From assembly GCA_963716255.1 (NCBI GenBank), contig OY970303.1, positions 5,824,001-5,888,000 of the forward strand: a stretch of DNA of 64,000 nucleotides, written 5' to 3'. The DNA is from an uncultured Gemmatimonadales bacterium (GTDB taxonomy: Bacteria; Gemmatimonadota; Gemmatimonadetes; Longimicrobiales; Longimicrobiaceae). Of this stretch, positions 22,160-32,108 are shown piece by piece. The position numbers were made by a program, and so were the translations under genes. The notes beneath the pieces were generated by a model. It searched no databases. It saw only the letters and a list, made by a program, of their open reading frames with translations, and had not been told where the DNA came from. Position 1 is the stretch's first letter, and each line of letters starts with the position of its first letter.

Positions 22160-23529
22160 GTGAGCAACGCACCCAAGATCCTCGTCATCGACGACGAGAC
22201 CGCGATCCTGGACACCCTGCGCATCCTCCTCAAGCGGGAGGGCTTCGAGGTGAGCACCGCCATCGGGGGGCGCGAGGGGCTGGAGCGCCTCCCCGAGGTC
22301 CGCCCCGACGTGCTCCTGTCCGACGTCCGCATGCCCGGGGTGGGCGGGCTGGAGATCCTGCTGGCCGCAAAGGAGATGGACCCCACCCTGCCGGTGATCC
22401 TGATGACCGCGCAGGCCTCGCTCCAGACCGCGATCCGCGCCGTCAACGAGGGCGCCTTCTACTACATCCAGAAGCCCTTCGCCAACGACGAGCTGGTGGC
22501 CATCTGCCGGCGCGCCGCCGAGTCGCGGCAGCTCAAGGTGGAGAACCAGGCGCTCAAGACCGAGATCCGCCGCCGCGAGCGCTCCGACACGGTGAAGCCC
22601 ATCGGCAAGAGCCGCCGCTTCCTGGACGTGCTCAAGCTCGCCGAGACGGTGGCCCCCTCCGATTCCACGGTGCTCATCTCCGGCGAGTCCGGCACCGGCA
22701 AGGAGGTGCTCGCCCGCTACCTGCACGAGCGCTCCGAGCGTGTGGACGGCCCCTTCGTCTCCATCAACTGCGGCGCGCTCCCCGAAACGCTGCTGGAGTC
22801 CGAGCTCTTCGGGCACACCAAGGGCTCCTTCACCGGCGCCGTGCGCGACAAGCAGGGGCTGTTCGTGGCCGCCAAGGGCGGCACCTTCTTCCTGGACGAG
22901 GTGGGCGAGATGTCGCCCGCCACCCAGGTCAAGCTGCTGCGCGCGGTGCAGGAGCGCGAGGTGATCGCGGTGGGCGCCACCGAGACCACCCCCATCGACG
23001 TGCGGATCATCGCGGCCACCAACCGCGACCTGGAGGAGGAGATCCGCCGCGGCGCCTTCCGCAGCGACCTGTACTACCGGCTCAACGTCATCACCCTCCA
23101 CCTGCCGCCGCTGCGCGACCGCGCCGACGACGTGCCCATCCTGGTGGACTACTTCCTCCAGCGCTTTTCCAACACCCGGCGGCGGGCGCCCGTGCGGCTG
23201 GCCGAGGAAACGCTGGAAACGCTGCAGTCGTACGACTGGCCCGGGAACGTGCGCGAGCTGGAGAACGCATTGGAGCGTGCCGTCGTGCTGACGCCCGAGG
23301 GCGAGGAGGTGCGGCCGGGGACGCTGCCCACGCGCATCTCGGAGCGCGCGGTGACGCCGCTGGTGTCGGACCGGCTGCCGCCCAATCCCACCCTGGAGAT
23401 CATCGAGCGGGCGTACATCTTCTGGGTGCTGCAGTCCGAGGGGGGAACAAGTCGCGGGCGGCGGAGGTGCTCGGCATCGACCCGTCCACGCTGTACCGGA
23501 AGCTGATGCGGTACGGGATGGAGGCGTGA
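22160..23529 (+). CDS. Sigma-54-dependent response regulator (PilR/NtrC-like) with a frameshift in the C-terminal HTH
   Basis: Receiver (ILVIDDE, SDVRMP), [24 protein letters not shown]; the [23 protein letters not shown] continues in another frame after the G6 run at 23440-23445. Confidence 0.9.
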
Positions 23530-23559
23530 GGTCGTGATGCGATAGGTTCTTGCGTGGGG

Positions 23560-23777
23560 GGCCGCTCCGGAACCAGGCCAAACTGCCGGCCTGTTTCCTG
23601 CGCGGGCTCCGGGAGCCCCGGGAAACTGCCCCCGGGTCTCCCTGCGCCGGAGGGAGCCAGCCGAAACTGCCGGCTGTCTCCCTCCGAACAGAATGATGTG
23701 GGTACGACATGAACGGCGAACGGCGCCCCCCACCCGGACATCCCGGTGAGGGCGCCGTTTCGCACTTTCGCACTTTT
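23560..23777 (-). repeat. Structured intergenic repeat family B, copy 1
   Basis: Three tandem GARAC-stem-G(G)CAGTTT-stem-GGYTC hairpins plus a 5' GGCGCC..GGCGCC hairpin; 5 copies in the window. Confidence 0.9.
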
Positions 23778-23862
23778 CCCGCGGTACGGAACCTGCCCTT
23801 CCTCCCTTTCCCGCCCGGACCCCGTCCGGGTGGTCCGCGAGGCCGCGTGCCGTGGAGGAGGG

Positions 23863-24462
23863 ATGGAGATCCTGCTTGCCGGGGAGCGCTCCGCGGGGGC
23901 GCACGCGCTGCGCGCGGAGATCGAGGCGCTGGGGCACCGGGTGCTGGGGCCGGCGGCGGGCGCGCGGGAGGCGGGCGCGCTGCTGCGCTCGCGCCGTGCC
24001 GACGTGGCGGTGCTGGTGCTGGACGACGCTGCGGGCGCGGCCGACGTGGGCGGCGCCTGCCCGCTGCCGCTGGTGCTGGTGCTCCCCGGGCGCGACCCCG
24101 CCGTGGTGGAGCACACCGCGGGGCTCCCGGTGTTCGCCTGCCTGGCGGACCCGGTGGCCGTGGAGGAGATCGGCGCGGCGATCCGGCTGGCCCGCGCCCG
24201 CTGGGACGAGCTGGCGGCGCTTCGCTGCCGCGTCGCCGAGCTCACGCGGCGGATGGAGGAGCGGCGGGCCGTGGACCGGGCCAAAGGGGTGCTGATGGAA
24301 GCGCGGGGGATCTCGGAGGACGACGCGTACCGGCTCCTGCGCCGCGAGAGCCAGAACCGGCGCAGGTCCATGGCGGAGGTGGCGGGCGCGGTGCTGGCGG
24401 TGGAGGGAGTGCTCCGCACCCGCGCCGCGGCGGACCCGGTCCTGGCGGCGCGTGCGGGATAG
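23863..24462 (+). CDS. ANTAR-domain RNA-binding regulator with a degenerate receiver domain
   Basis: [53 protein letters not shown]. Confidence 0.9.
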   Translation: MEILLAGERSAGAHALRAEIEALGHRVLGPAAGAREAGALLRSRRADVAVLVLDDAAGAADVGGACPLPLVLVLPGRDPAVVEHTAGLPVFACLADPVAVEEIGAAIRLARARWDELAALRCRVAELTRRMEERRAVDRAKGVLMEARGISEDDAYRLLRRESQNRRRSMAEVAGAVLAVEGVLRTRAAADPVLAARAG

Positions 24463-25021
24463 CGCCTCGCGCCGCGGGCTGGAGCTGGTCTCCGTCGCCG
24501 GGGCGGGGGAGGGTCTCCTCGCCGACCTGGGCCCCGCGCTCGACGCGGTCTTCGGCACGCGCTCCTTCCGCGGGCCGCCGCTCCCGCTGCTGGACGACTG
24601 GCGCGACCCGGAGACGGACCAGGTCCGCTCCGGAGACGTGGTGGACGCGCTGATCGCCCGGGGCGACGCGCTGCGGGCCCATCCGTCGCGCCTGTGGTCG
24701 CTGGCGGTGACCGACGCCGACCTGTGCGCCCCGGAGCGCAGCTTCGTCTTCGGCGAGGCCACGGTGGGCGGGTGCTGCGCCGTGGTGAGCCTGGCCCGGC
24801 TGGATCCCGGCGAGGGGCCCGCCTCCCCGGCCCTCCGGGCCCGCCTCCTCGCCGAGGCCGTGCACGAGCTGGGGCACGTGGCGGGGCTGGACCACTGCGA
24901 CCGCGGGGTGTGCGTCATGGTGCCCTGCCGCACCGTGGAGGAGGTGGACCGCAGGGGTGGCGGATTCTGCCGGCGCTGCCTGGAGCTCCTGCGCGCGGGG
25001 GCAGAAGCCCTTCCTGCTTGA
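24452..25021 (+). CDS. Archaemetzincin-like zinc metallopeptidase (M54)
   Basis: FVFGEA, HELGHVAGLDHC, CVM, FCRRC. Confidence 0.88.
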   Translation: MRDSASRRGLELVSVAGAGEGLLADLGPALDAVFGTRSFRGPPLPLLDDWRDPETDQVRSGDVVDALIARGDALRAHPSRLWSLAVTDADLCAPERSFVFGEATVGGCCAVVSLARLDPGEGPASPALRARLLAEAVHELGHVAGLDHCDRGVCVMVPCRTVEEVDRRGGGFCRRCLELLRAGAEALPA

Positions 25022-25068
25022 TCTTGCGTGGATCGGCGCTTACCTTGGGTTCGTCCGTCGTGATCCCG

Positions 25069-25491
25069 ATGCACCCGCAGGCCGAACCGTTTCCCTTCCC
25101 GGCTCCACGCGCGGGTTCCAAAGTGACCGAAAACGTATCCCCACGTTCGCTTCGACGCGCCTACCTGGACTGGGTCGAGGAACAGGTCGAGGCGTTCAAG
25201 GACAGCATTCCCCGCAGCGACATCCTCCGCCTCGCCGACGAGGTGGTGACCGAGCTGCGCGTGAGCGCCGAGGGACAGTACCAGCTCACCGAGCTGCTCC
25301 TGTGCACGGCCATCGACCGGCGCATCGTCCGCATGCTCAAGCTGCCGGGGTACCGCGCCTGGTGCGCCGAGCGCCGCGAGCGGGCCGTCCGCCTGGGCGA
25401 GGTGACCCCGCCGGTTCCCGCCGACCTGCCGGCCCGCGCGCAGCCGGAGGCGCTGGACGAGGCGTTGGAGCCGCTGGAGAGTGTCGCTTAG
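25069..25491 (+). CDS. Hypothetical protein
   Basis: Normal composition with GC-rich third positions; LKLPGYRAW segment; start uncertain. Confidence 0.65.
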   Translation: MHPQAEPFPFPAPRAGSKVTENVSPRSLRRAYLDWVEEQVEAFKDSIPRSDILRLADEVVTELRVSAEGQYQLTELLLCTAIDRRIVRMLKLPGYRAWCAERRERAVRLGEVTPPVPADLPARAQPEALDEALEPLESVA

Positions 25492-25886
25492 ACACGCGCT
25501 CCGTGTTGCATTCCGACACGTCGTGGACGGGCCGGCCGGGGAGGCCGTGGCGCAAGCGCAGCGCCCGCAGTGGGTTGTGACGGGGTGAGGCCGGGGTATG
25601 GCGCGTGCGTTACACATGCGGTCAGCGCGGAATGCGCTGGCCGTGTCTTTTTCAATCAGGTTATCCGCATGTCCGACAAGACCGACCGGGACGACCCCTG
25701 CCGCGGCGAGGCTCGCGACCCGATGGAAACCGTGGTTCACGACGCGGCCGCCGGCCGCCGGCGCCCCCGCGCCGTGGCGTTCGTGTGGGGCCCCGAGGTC
25801 TCCCCGGCCCCGTCCCTCCCCTTCGGGCGCTGGAAGACGGCGGTCCCCGCCGCGGCGTAGAGCAGCGACGGCAGTACGTAGTACGA

Positions 25887-26087
25887 GAACGGCGCCCCCA
25901 CCGGGATTTCCTGGTGGGGGGGCCGTTCGCCGTTCATGCCGTACCCATAGGATCTTTTGACGGGGGGAGACTCGCCGGCAGTTTGGCGAGGCTCACCCCG
26001 GCGAGGGGAGACAGCCGGGCTGTTTCGGCTGGCTCGCCGAGCCCGCGGAGGAGACCGGCAGCAGTATCGCCGGGCTCCGTAGCGGCC
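25887..26087 (+). repeat. Family B, copy 2
   Basis: Same scaffold as copy 1 in the opposite orientation. Confidence 0.9.
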
Positions 26088-26106
26088 CCGCCCCACCCGT
26101 CGAAGC

Positions 26107-27123
26107 TCACCGAAGCGTCGCGATCCGCTCGATCAGCGCGGGATCACCGGGCAGCTGGCCGGCGGCGGGAAGGCGGCGGACGAGTTCGCGCCAGGCCGCG
26201 TCCTGCGCGAAGGCACGGCGGAAGAGGGGGAGCGACTCCTCCACCCGCCCGGCGTTCACCAGCATGGCCGCGTGCCAGAACACCATCTCGCCGTTGGTGG
26301 CCGGGTCCGGGACCATGGCCTCGGCGGCGGCGTACTCGCGGATGGCGCCGGCCACGTCGCCGCGGGTGACCGCCTCGTCGCCCGCGTTCATGTGGCGGTA
26401 GGCGCGCGCCAGGTGCACCAGCCGGCGCATCTCCGCCACGGGCGCGGCGTTGTCCTCCACCCGCAGGTCGAACACGCGATCCGCCCACGGCCTGCCGGTG
26501 GACCTGCCGGCCACCACGACGAGCGCGGCCGACTGCCGCCCCCGGATGTCGCCGCCGGCGCGCTCGGCGGCCTCCAGCGCGGCCAGCATCCGCTCGGCGA
26601 GGTCGCCGCGGGTGGTCTCGAAGGCGCGGGCCATGGGGTCCCACACGTTGCCGCGCATGAGGTTGGCCTGCACGGAAAAGTTCTTTCCCACGTGGTGTCC
26701 CGCCGCCTGGATCGCCTTTCCGCCCGTCCACGCCTCCACGTTGCAGCGCGCGTCGATCATCGCCACCTGGCGCACGTCGGTGTGCGCGTCCGCGGCGAGC
26801 AGCGCCCGCAGCGCCTCCGGCCCCGTCTTGCCGGCGCGCATCAGCTCCAGCCCCAGCGCCCCGTACGACGGCTCCACGAACGACTGCGTGGCCACCGCCC
26901 CCACCCCCGCTTCCGCCCAGGGCACGACGGGTCCCACCGAGAACCAGTGCGACTGCACCGCCACCCCCATCTCCCCCGTCTCCGGGTCGCACGCGACGAT
27001 GGAGTACGTGTGCACCGGCCGCGGCGGCAGCGCGCTCCCGAACGCGCCCTGCGCCGCCGACGCGGCGGGGAGCGCTGCGATCCCGAGGGTCATGACCACG
27101 GCTCCGGCGAGGGTTTTCCGCAT
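26107..27123 (-). CDS. Secreted DUF1028 (Ntn-hydrolase-like) protein with C-terminal TPR-like helices
   Basis: Signal peptide, HTYSIVA, GVAVQSHWFSVG, GAVATQS, GGDIRGRQSAAL. Confidence 0.9.
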   Translation of the reverse strand: MRKTLAGAVVMTLGIAALPAASAAQGAFGSALPPRPVHTYSIVACDPETGEMGVAVQSHWFSVGPVVPWAEAGVGAVATQSFVEPSYGALGLELMRAGKTGPEALRALLAADAHTDVRQVAMIDARCNVEAWTGGKAIQAAGHHVGKNFSVQANLMRGNVWDPMARAFETTRGDLAERMLAALEAAERAGGDIRGRQSAALVVVAGRSTGRPWADRVFDLRVEDNAAPVAEMRRLVHLARAYRHMNAGDEAVTRGDVAGAIREYAAAEAMVPDPATNGEMVFWHAAMLVNAGRVEESLPLFRRAFAQDAAWRELVRRLPAAGQLPGDPALIERIATLR

Positions 27124-27147
27124 GGCTGGACACGGTTGGAGGCGAAG

Positions 27148-27325
27148 GAAACGGCGACCCACCCGAGGCCGCCGTCCCATAGTTCCCACATTCTGTTCGG
27201 AGGGAGACTCGCCGGCAGTTTGGCGAGGCTCCCTCCGGCGGAGGGAAACCCGCAGTAGTACCGCGGGGTTCCCGTAGCCCGCGTAGGAAACAGGCCGGCC
27301 GTTTGGCCTGGTTCCGGAGCGGTCC
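27148..27325 (+). repeat. Family B, copy 3
   Basis: TTCGGAGGGAGAC-hairpin array between tldE and the DUF1028 gene. Confidence 0.9.
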
Positions 27326-27331
27326 AACGTC

Positions 27332-28684
27332 TCAGACCGCGTCCGAAAGCGACGAAAACGTAAAATCCCGCACCTTGAGCGCCGGAACCACCACCGGCTG
27401 CCCCACGTCGCCGGACTCGGACGCGGACACCGCCACCGGCTCGCCGATCGCCTCGATGTTGTTGAGGATGAACACCGGCGATTCGTTGTAGCGCAGGTTC
27501 TTGACCGCGGAAACGATCTTCCCGTTCTCGATCAGGAACGTCCCGTCGCGCGTGAGCGCCGTGTACAGGATGGTGCGCGGGTCCACCGGCCGGATGTACC
27601 AGAAGCGCGTCACCAGCAGCCCCCGCTCGGTGGAAGCGATCATGTCCTCCACGGGGGTGCCCCCGCCGCGCATGCTGTAGCCGCCCGGGTTTCCCGTGGG
27701 CTGCACGTTCTTCTGCTGCGCCCAGAAGCGGTCGTAGCTGAGGTTCCTGAGCACGCCGTTCTCCACCCACGCGATGCGCCGGTTGGGGAGCCCCTGGTTG
27801 GAAAAGGGCGCGGTGGCCAGGTTGGGGTCGGACGGGTCGGACCAGATGTTGACCCGCGCGTCCAGGAACTTCTCGCCGACGCGGTTGCCGCCGCCCTGCT
27901 TGGAAAAGAACGAGCGCCCCTCGTCCGCGGTGCGCGCGCCCAGCGAGCCCATCATCAGCCCGACCATGTTGGCGGCGGCGGTGGGCTCCAGCACCACGGT
28001 CCACTCGCCGGGCTCCACCGCCTGCGGGTTGCGCGACAGCTCCGCCTTGCGGATGGCGCGCTCCGCCAGCTGGTCGGGGTTGACCTTGCTCCAGTCGTTC
28101 TGGCCGATGCCGGCCCACCCCGAGCCCGTGCCGTCCGCGGTGCGCACGGTGGTGGTGTAGTTGACGCGCGAGCTCTGGTTGTAGGCGAACAGGCCGCGCT
28201 TGCTCGCCACCGCGCTGGCCCCCGCGGTGAAGGTCAGGAAGCCGGTGGAGACCAGCCCCTGCCGCTGCGCCGGGCGGGTCACGGCGACCACGGCGCGGGC
28301 GCGCTGCTCCGGGGTGAGGTTGGCGGTGCTCTCGAAGAACCCGGCCGACTGCGGGTACTGCTGCGGTCCCAGCTCGCCCAGGTACTCCGGGTCCTCGGGG
28401 ACCAGGCGGGCCAGGCGCTCGCTGGTCTCCACCGCCTGGCGCAGCGCCTCGTCGTCGAAGCGGTTGGTGGTGGCGGAGGCCACCTTCTTCCCCCAGGCGC
28501 TGGTCACGGTGACGTTGCCGCCCCGCGTGTCGCCCGAGGTGCTGACCTGGTTCTGCGCGAAGCGGGTGTTGCCGGTGACGGTGTTGCTCAGGTTGACGCG
28601 CGCGTCGTCCGCCTTTGAGAAGCCGAGCACCTTGGCGGCGATGGCCTCGGCCTCCGCACGGGTGAAGAAACGGTTGTCGGCCAT
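27332..28684 (-). CDS. pmbA: TldE/PmbA-family protein
   Basis: TRFAQNQ, VVLEPTA, GLLVTRFWYIR, TRDGTFLIENGKI; directly downstream of tldD; no HExxxH. Confidence 0.85.
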   Translation of the reverse strand: MADNRFFTRAEAEAIAAKVLGFSKADDARVNLSNTVTGNTRFAQNQVSTSGDTRGGNVTVTSAWGKKVASATTNRFDDEALRQAVETSERLARLVPEDPEYLGELGPQQYPQSAGFFESTANLTPEQRARAVVAVTRPAQRQGLVSTGFLTFTAGASAVASKRGLFAYNQSSRVNYTTTVRTADGTGSGWAGIGQNDWSKVNPDQLAERAIRKAELSRNPQAVEPGEWTVVLEPTAAANMVGLMMGSLGARTADEGRSFFSKQGGGNRVGEKFLDARVNIWSDPSDPNLATAPFSNQGLPNRRIAWVENGVLRNLSYDRFWAQQKNVQPTGNPGGYSMRGGGTPVEDMIASTERGLLVTRFWYIRPVDPRTILYTALTRDGTFLIENGKIVSAVKNLRYNESPVFILNNIEAIGEPVAVSASESGDVGQPVVVPALKVRDFTFSSLSDAV

Positions 28685-28687
28685 GCT

Positions 28688-30298
28688 CTAGGCTCTCCGT
28701 CCGGTGTTGATGACGTTGATCTTGCGGTGGCGGCTGGGGACGCAGTGGTGCGACACGGCGTTGGACTGCTGCGGCTGCCCCTTGCCGTCGTTGAAGGAGC
28801 CGCCGGCGAAGTAGGTGCTGCGCCCGCCGATGCCGTCCATGGCGTTCCAGAACTCGGGGGTGCGCATCTGGTAGGCGACGTCCTTGAGCATCCCCCCCAC
28901 CTTGCCGTTCTTGATCTCGTAGTACGCCTGCCCGCCGAACTGCGCGTTGTAGCGCTGCTGGTCGATGGAGAAGGAGCCGTCGCCGTCGATGAGGATCCCG
29001 TCCTGGACGTCGGAGACCAGCTCGTCCAGCGTCACGTCGCGCTCGGGATGCGGGAGGAGGTTGACGTTGGGCATGCGCTGGAACTGCACGTCGGACCAGC
29101 TTTCCGCGTACGAGTTGCCGTGCGAGCGCACCGGCCGGCCGCTCTGCCGGTACCAGTCGGCGAGCATGGGGGCCTGCTCGCGCGTGGTCTGCAGGTCGTC
29201 GAGCACGCCGTTCCTGACGATCAGGTAGTCCTCGGGCTTCACCCCCTCGTCGTCCCATCCCACGCTGGAAAGCCCGCCCGGGGAGGAGCGCTCGCCCTGG
29301 ATGTTCATGATCTCGGGGCCGTAGCGGAACCTGCCCAGGAACCGCTCCACCGGGGAGATGAAGGAGGTGCCGGCGAAGTTGGCCTCGAACCCCATGATGC
29401 GGTCCAGCTCGGTGGGGTGGGCGATGGACTCGTGGATGGTGAGCCACAGGTGCGTGGGGAGGAGCACCAGGTCGTATCGCCCCGGCTGCACCGGCTTTGC
29501 CGTGAGCTTCTTCACCGCGGTCTCCGCCCAGCGCGGGGCGTTCTCCACGAACCGGGCGTTCCTCACGTGCTCGTAGCCCAGCCCCATGGGCTGTACGTCC
29601 GTTGACTGGAAGCTCTGGAACTCGTTGTTCCCCACCGCGGTCACGCTCATCCGCGGGAAGGAGCGGTAGATGGTCTGGTGGGTGAAGGTGCCCTCGGTGG
29701 AGGCGAAGGTCTTTTCCTCGCGCAGAAAGAACATGCTGAAGTTGACGAACCGCGCGCCCTGCACCCGGAGGGCGGCCTCGTTGGCGGCCAGCATCATCGC
29801 CACCTTGTCCTCGACGGCGATGTCGAAGGGATCGATCTCCACGGGCGACCGCCAGGTGACGTCCGCGTACTTCTCCACCGGGGCGAGGACGACGGGGCGG
29901 AGCTGGGCGGTGCTGTTCGCCTTCGCCTGCGCCACCGCCTGCCGCGCCACCAGGGCGGCCTCGTCCAGCGACAGCTCGCGGCTGGCGGCGAAGCCCCAGC
30001 CGCCCCCGGCCAGCACGCGCACGCCGAAGCCGTAGGTCTCGGTGTCGGAGAGGCCGCTGATCTGCCGCTCGCGGGTGGAGAGCGACTGGTTGCGGTTGTG
30101 GGAGATGCGCACGTCGGCGTAGGTGGCGCCGGCCAGCTTGGCGGCGTCCAGCGCCCGCATGGCGATCTCGCGCACCGCGGGGTCGGCGCCCGGCGCCACC
30201 CGCGCCGCCGGGGACACCGCCGCCAGGGCCTCGGGCCCGAACGCGGTGAGCCCGGCGGCCATCAGGGCGCCCTGTGCCAGGAACTCTCGACGGTCCAT
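28688..30298 (-). CDS. tldD: TldD-family metalloprotease with a twin-arginine signal peptide
   Basis: MDRREFLAQG Tat motif, HESIAHPTELD, RMPNVNL, GKGQPQQ. Confidence 0.9.
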   Translation of the reverse strand: MDRREFLAQGALMAAGLTAFGPEALAAVSPAARVAPGADPAVREIAMRALDAAKLAGATYADVRISHNRNQSLSTRERQISGLSDTETYGFGVRVLAGGGWGFAASRELSLDEAALVARQAVAQAKANSTAQLRPVVLAPVEKYADVTWRSPVEIDPFDIAVEDKVAMMLAANEAALRVQGARFVNFSMFFLREEKTFASTEGTFTHQTIYRSFPRMSVTAVGNNEFQSFQSTDVQPMGLGYEHVRNARFVENAPRWAETAVKKLTAKPVQPGRYDLVLLPTHLWLTIHESIAHPTELDRIMGFEANFAGTSFISPVERFLGRFRYGPEIMNIQGERSSPGGLSSVGWDDEGVKPEDYLIVRNGVLDDLQTTREQAPMLADWYRQSGRPVRSHGNSYAESWSDVQFQRMPNVNLLPHPERDVTLDELVSDVQDGILIDGDGSFSIDQQRYNAQFGGQAYYEIKNGKVGGMLKDVAYQMRTPEFWNAMDGIGGRSTYFAGGSFNDGKGQPQQSNAVSHHCVPSRHRKINVINTGRRA

Positions 30299-30406
30299 GG
30301 GAACTCCGGAAACTGGAGGAGGGAGGGAGATGCGGAATGTTAGAACGGGCGTTCGAGGCGGGCAAGGGCGGCGCGGCGGGTGCGCGGCTTGCTGTGCTCC
30401 CGCGCC

Positions 30407-31747
30407 ATGACCGAACCGCACGCGCCCCGCATCGCCGTGGTGGGGGCGGGCCCCGCGGGGGCCGCCGCCGCCCACACCCTCGCCCGCGCCGGGGCGCGGG
30501 TGGTCGTCCTGGAGGCCCGCCCGGCCGTGGGCGGCCGTACCCGCACCGAGGCGCTGGACGGCTTCCGGGTGGACGCCGCGGTGCAGCTCTTCGCCTCCAT
30601 GTACACGGAGCTCTTCCGCGTGCTGCGCGAGGCGGGGGCGGCGGAGCTGGCGGTGCGCTCGCCGGGGCGCGACGCGCTGCTGCGCGGCGGGCGGGTGCAC
30701 GAGGTGGTGTACGGCAACATCCCCAGCATGCTCGCCTCCGGCGCGCTGCCGCTGGCGCTCAAGCTGCGCATGGGGGCGCAGTACCTCCCCTTCCTGGCGC
30801 GCCACGGCGCCGCGCTGGAGATGCACGCGCTGGAGCGCGCCGCGGAGGCGGGGCTGGACCGAGAGTCCATCGCCGCGTGGGGGGCGCGCGAGCTGGGGCG
30901 CGACTTCGTGGAGTACCTCGCCTACCCCTTCCTCGCGACCGGCTACGGTGCGCTCCCGGAGGAGACCACGGCGGCGCTCTACCACATGCTGGCCCACTAC
31001 GGAACCCGCGTGGAGATCTTCGCCCTGCGCGGCGGCGCGTCCGGCTTCTGCGAGGCGGTCCTGGCGGGGGTGCGGGAGCGCGGAGGCGAGGTGCGGACCG
31101 GGGTGTCCGTGGCGCGGGTGGAGGCGCGGGGCGGGGGAGTGGAGGTGGCGGGGGAGGGGTGGAGCGAGGCGTTCGACGCGGTGGTGGTGGCGGTGCCGGC
31201 ACCCGCCGCCCGCGCGCTGCTGGCGGGGAGCCCGACCGCGGAGGCGCTGGCGGCGGTGCGGATGCGCCCCGCGGTGAGCCTGGCGCTGCTGCTGGACCGG
31301 CCCGCGGGGGTGCGCTGGTTCGGGCTGTCGCTGCCGCGCGGCGAGTCGCGCGCGGTGGCCGCCGTGGCGGTGCAGGAGAACAAGGGGCCGGGTCTGGTAC
31401 CGGCGGGGCGGGGCGCGCTGGTGGTGTTCCCCACGCCGGAGGCCGGGGAGCGGCTGGTGGACGCGGAGCCGCGCGCCGTGGTGGACGCGCTCCTCCCGGA
31501 CGTGGCGCGCGCGCTCCCGGGGCTGGGGCGAGCCATCACCCGGGCGCAGGTGTTCCGCTGGCGCGACGGGTGGACGCTCTTTCCGCCCGGGTACCCGGGG
31601 CGGCTGCCGGAGCTGCGGCGCGCGGTCTCCGGCGACGCACGGATCGCGCTGGCGGGGGACTACCTGTACGCGCCCACCGTGGAGGGCGCGGTGACGGCGG
31701 GGGTCCAGGCCGCGGGCCGCGTTCTGAAAGCGTGGGCTCCAGGCTGA
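30407..31747 (+). CDS. FAD-dependent oxidoreductase (protoporphyrinogen oxidase/flavin amine oxidase superfamily)
   Basis: IAVVGAGPAG, LEARPAVGGRT, ALAGDYL, VEGAVTAG. Confidence 0.85.
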   Translation: MTEPHAPRIAVVGAGPAGAAAAHTLARAGARVVVLEARPAVGGRTRTEALDGFRVDAAVQLFASMYTELFRVLREAGAAELAVRSPGRDALLRGGRVHEVVYGNIPSMLASGALPLALKLRMGAQYLPFLARHGAALEMHALERAAEAGLDRESIAAWGARELGRDFVEYLAYPFLATGYGALPEETTAALYHMLAHYGTRVEIFALRGGASGFCEAVLAGVRERGGEVRTGVSVARVEARGGGVEVAGEGWSEAFDAVVVAVPAPAARALLAGSPTAEALAAVRMRPAVSLALLLDRPAGVRWFGLSLPRGESRAVAAVAVQENKGPGLVPAGRGALVVFPTPEAGERLVDAEPRAVVDALLPDVARALPGLGRAITRAQVFRWRDGWTLFPPGYPGRLPELRRAVSGDARIALAGDYLYAPTVEGAVTAGVQAAGRVLKAWAPG

Positions 31748-31767
31748 GGCGCGAAGAATACGTACAC

Positions 31768-31796
31768 TTGCGGACTTCGCTCGGGAAGCGTACTGT
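31768..31796 (+). promoter_or_regulatory. Candidate sigma-70 promoter for the cysteine-rich peptide pair
   Basis: TTGCGG-17 nt-TACTGT about 45 nt upstream of the ATG at 31843. Confidence 0.5.
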
Positions 31797-31842
31797 GAGC
31801 TCGTTCACGGGATCGCTCCATCTAACTGCTCCGGAGGTCCGC

Positions 31843-32067
31843 ATGAGGCGCAAGCTCCAGCTCCTGGCCGGCTCGTACGTCCTCGCCGCCGCGATGTCGC
31901 TCGCGTTCGGTCCCGCGCCGGCGGCGGCCGAGGCAGCCGTCCGGGCGTGCGTGAAGTCCGTGTGCCAGGCCGACTGCCAGGCCCTGGGATTCGACCGCGG
32001 AAAGTGCACGACTTCGGGCGACTGCGTGTGCTCGTACTGCCTGCACCCCAGCGGCGACATCTGCTGA
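31843..32067 (+). CDS. Secreted 8-Cys defensin-like (CSab) peptide, 74 aa
   Basis: GGAGG RBS; signal peptide; CVKSVCQADCQALGFDRGKCTTSGDCVCSYCLHPSGDIC. Confidence 0.85.
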   Translation: MRRKLQLLAGSYVLAAAMSLAFGPAPAAAEAAVRACVKSVCQADCQALGFDRGKCTTSGDCVCSYCLHPSGDIC

Positions 32068-32108
32068 GGGGTGGGCCCCCGCATCCAATCCTCCAACCGG
32101 AGACGCCC

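Noticed and set aside
23560..23777. Family B hairpins as a canonical ANTAR target
   Set aside because: The loops do not fit the ANTAR hexaloop pattern with A1 and G4, and the element occurs at four other loci.
25669..25860. 63-aa ORF MSDKTDRDDP..
   Set aside because: It has no clear RBS or motif and cannot be distinguished from a chance ORF.
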